NCBI GenBank assembly: GCA_965112735.1
Contig: OZ218952.1
Location: 4,774,001 to 4,838,000 of the forward strand
Length of the DNA: 64,000 nt
Reading direction: 5' to 3'
Source of the DNA: Phaeosaccion multiseriatum
Taxonomy: Eukaryota > Protista > Ochrophyta, other classes
Part shown: positions 62,015 to 64,000 of the stretch, piece after piece
Layout: the number at the start of each line of letters is the position of its first letter
Numbering within the stretch: the first letter of the stretch is position 1
Position numbers and translations under genes: made by a program
The notes under the pieces: generated by a model
Seen by the model: the letters and a program-made list of their open reading frames with translations, nothing else
Told to the model about the DNA's origin: nothing
Database searches by the model: none

Positions 62015-62542
62015 CGCGAACGATTGAGCAGGGGAAGGCCCCTATTAGGCCTCAAAGGGGGGGGAATTTTGAACCTGCCCTTGATTGGGCCCCTTCTCTC
62101 CTCCTGGCCCTATTCTAGACTGAAGACTTGGCGAAAGTCCAGCGGAATAGTCCCTGCGGAGGAGATGAAAGTCCTTTGGTCACATCACTAGCAAGCGAAG
62201 TGGCAAAAAAAAAAAGGGAAGAGGAGAAATCTGAAATCCAGGGAAGGTGGAGGTTTGCGATTATTATACGCCGTTTCTTCCTTTCGCGGGTTGCCGTGAT
62301 GGGTGAGGGATGAGGGGGGCTCATGAATTCAAGGAATGGCCTCAGATCTTCAGTAGAGATCTTCAGTAGCAATCGGTTCCCCGATGAGCGGCCTCAGAGG
62401 CCTCAGAGGCCTCAGATCTTCAGCGGCCGGTCATTCAAAGGGAAACTGGCACACGCACGCACGAACACTCAGCTCCTCAATAGCTCAATAGCTCAATAAC
62501 TCAATAGCTCAATAATAGCTCAATAGTGTAAAAAAGGAAAGC

Positions 62543-63032
62543 TCAATAGCGGTACCTCAAGGCGTCCCAGAACTGACACACGCATTCGCGATGCGCCGTC
62601 TTGGCCTTGGGAGTGGCCGAAATCTCCAAGAAGTACGGCACCTCCGTCTCCACCTCGCCAGTTGCCAGCAGCCGCTCATCGTCACCCCCCCTACCCCCTA
62701 CCGCCACCTCAATTTCCATCCACCCGTCCTTGCCATGATGTAAACGGCCCTGGCGGTGACCTTCGTGTGTTGGTAATTCGCCTTCTTCTCCTTCGCTGTG
62801 CCCAACCGCCCCTCCAAACCCCCCACCCCTACGCCCCCTCCGCTTGTCCATCAGCCTCTCCTGATACCGCTCCTGCTGGCGAAGGAAGTGCTGCTGCTCG
62901 AGCTCCTGCAGCTGCTTCCTCTCGTTCTGCAGCCTCTCCTTGTCCAGCTCGGCCTGAGTGCATCCCAACAGAGCATCGCAGGAGCGCATCGAGCGCAAGA
63001 GGGGAGAGAGACATGGAGAGGGAATGAGAGAG

Positions 63033-63098
<66 letters not shown>

Positions 63099-63498
63099 TG
63101 ATGAAGGAATGGCCTGGAGCATTGCGCTGCGCTGACCTGATTCTCCGCCCCCCACCGCCGTCTCCCTTTCCACTTCTTCCAGTCTGTGGGCCGCTTGGCG
63201 AAGTTGGGGTCTCCTCTGCAGATTTGGGGGGGGTGGGGTCAGGGCAAACCGTAGAGTAGGGTAGGGTAGGGTGGGGTAGAGTAGGGGAGGGTGGGGTAGG
63301 GTGTAGGGTGAGGTAAGGTGGGTGTAGGGTATGTATGGGGTGTAGGGTAGGGTATAGGGCCAAACCTAGGGTATAGGGTATAGGGTATCACTTACTCATA
63401 CCCAATACCTCACACCCCGCACGCAGTGGCGGGCCTGCCTGCCTGTCTGCCTACCCGCCTGCCTTTGCCTGTCTGCCTGCCAGCCTCCCTGCCTACCC

Positions 63499-63529
<31 letters not shown>

Positions 63530-63924
63530 TGCCTGTCTGCCTGCCTGCCCGCTACATGTACTTACGTCCTTGCGAAGGTAGTCCAGTAGTCTGCCATAAA
63601 GCTCGCCACCTTCGCGTCCTCCCCGCCCTTGGAAGTCACGAGCCCCTTCACCCACTCCCACGCCTCCCTCCACCCACCGCCACTGCTGCTGCTGCTGCTG
63701 CTGCTGCTGTTGGGACTGCCCCCCTCCTCCTCGTCTTCCTCACTCCCTTCTATTGAGCCCTCTCTCTCTCCCCCTCCCTCTCCTCCTCCTGCTGCTACTA
63801 CTCTGTCCTTACCCCCCTCTTCCTCCCCGCCTCCCTCCCTCCTCCGCCTCTTCCACGGCCTCCACCCCCCACCCCTGTGTCTGCCCCCCTCCACTGGGCA
63901 GACTCCCTCTCCATCCCCATCCTC
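62543..63924 (-). CDS. 3' exons of a hypothetical protein that continues beyond the window
   Basis: Exon-like blocks EAWEWVKGLVTSKGGEDAKVASFMADYWTTFART (donor near 63562) and AELDKERLQNERKQLQELEQ...YFLEISATPKAKTAHRECVCQFWDALRYRY*. Family not recognised. Confidence 0.55.
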
Positions 63925-64000
63925 CTGTCGCCAGTCACAGATGGCAGGGAGCAGAGACAGGGGGCGGGGCATTGCAGGAGAGAAGGAACGGCGCGTTAAT

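Noticed and set aside
62560-62650. PARP-type zinc finger at the C-terminus of the last gene
   Set aside because: Only superficial resemblance. The Cys/His spacing does not fit.

Overview
Eukaryotic nuclear DNA from a photosynthetic, flagellated stramenopile (ochrophyte). Evidence: GT-AG introns, bipartite ASAF-type plastid presequences, LHCX antenna genes and a Sig1/Ocm-type mastigoneme gene. Bases 1-10170 are an array of about 50 copies of a 176-bp satellite. It is interrupted at 6825-7661 and about 7760-8111 by unique inserts. The first insert carries an ankyrin-repeat fragment and is flanked by a 39-bp duplication. The rest is gene-dense, with many genes in head-to-head pairs: a PGP-repeat (SHIPPO-like) protein, plastid KsgA/RsmA, PUS1/TruA, two identical LHCX genes forming a 2.2-kb palindrome, PP2C, an orphan acidic protein, a mastigoneme protein, N-carbamoylputrescine amidase, a frataxin-like protein, a GH17 glucanase with three 8-Cys modules, a formin, a mitochondrial-carrier-family protein with a signal peptide, a copia-like remnant, EXO1, and the 3' end of a hypothetical gene. 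The most notable observations are gene-fragment capture in the satellite, the LHCX palindrome with an adjacent 260-nt hairpin, and a possible multi-helix RNA at 13.7-14.0 kb. Gene calls come from motif recognition by eye and exon boundaries are manual. No database searches or folding programs were run.
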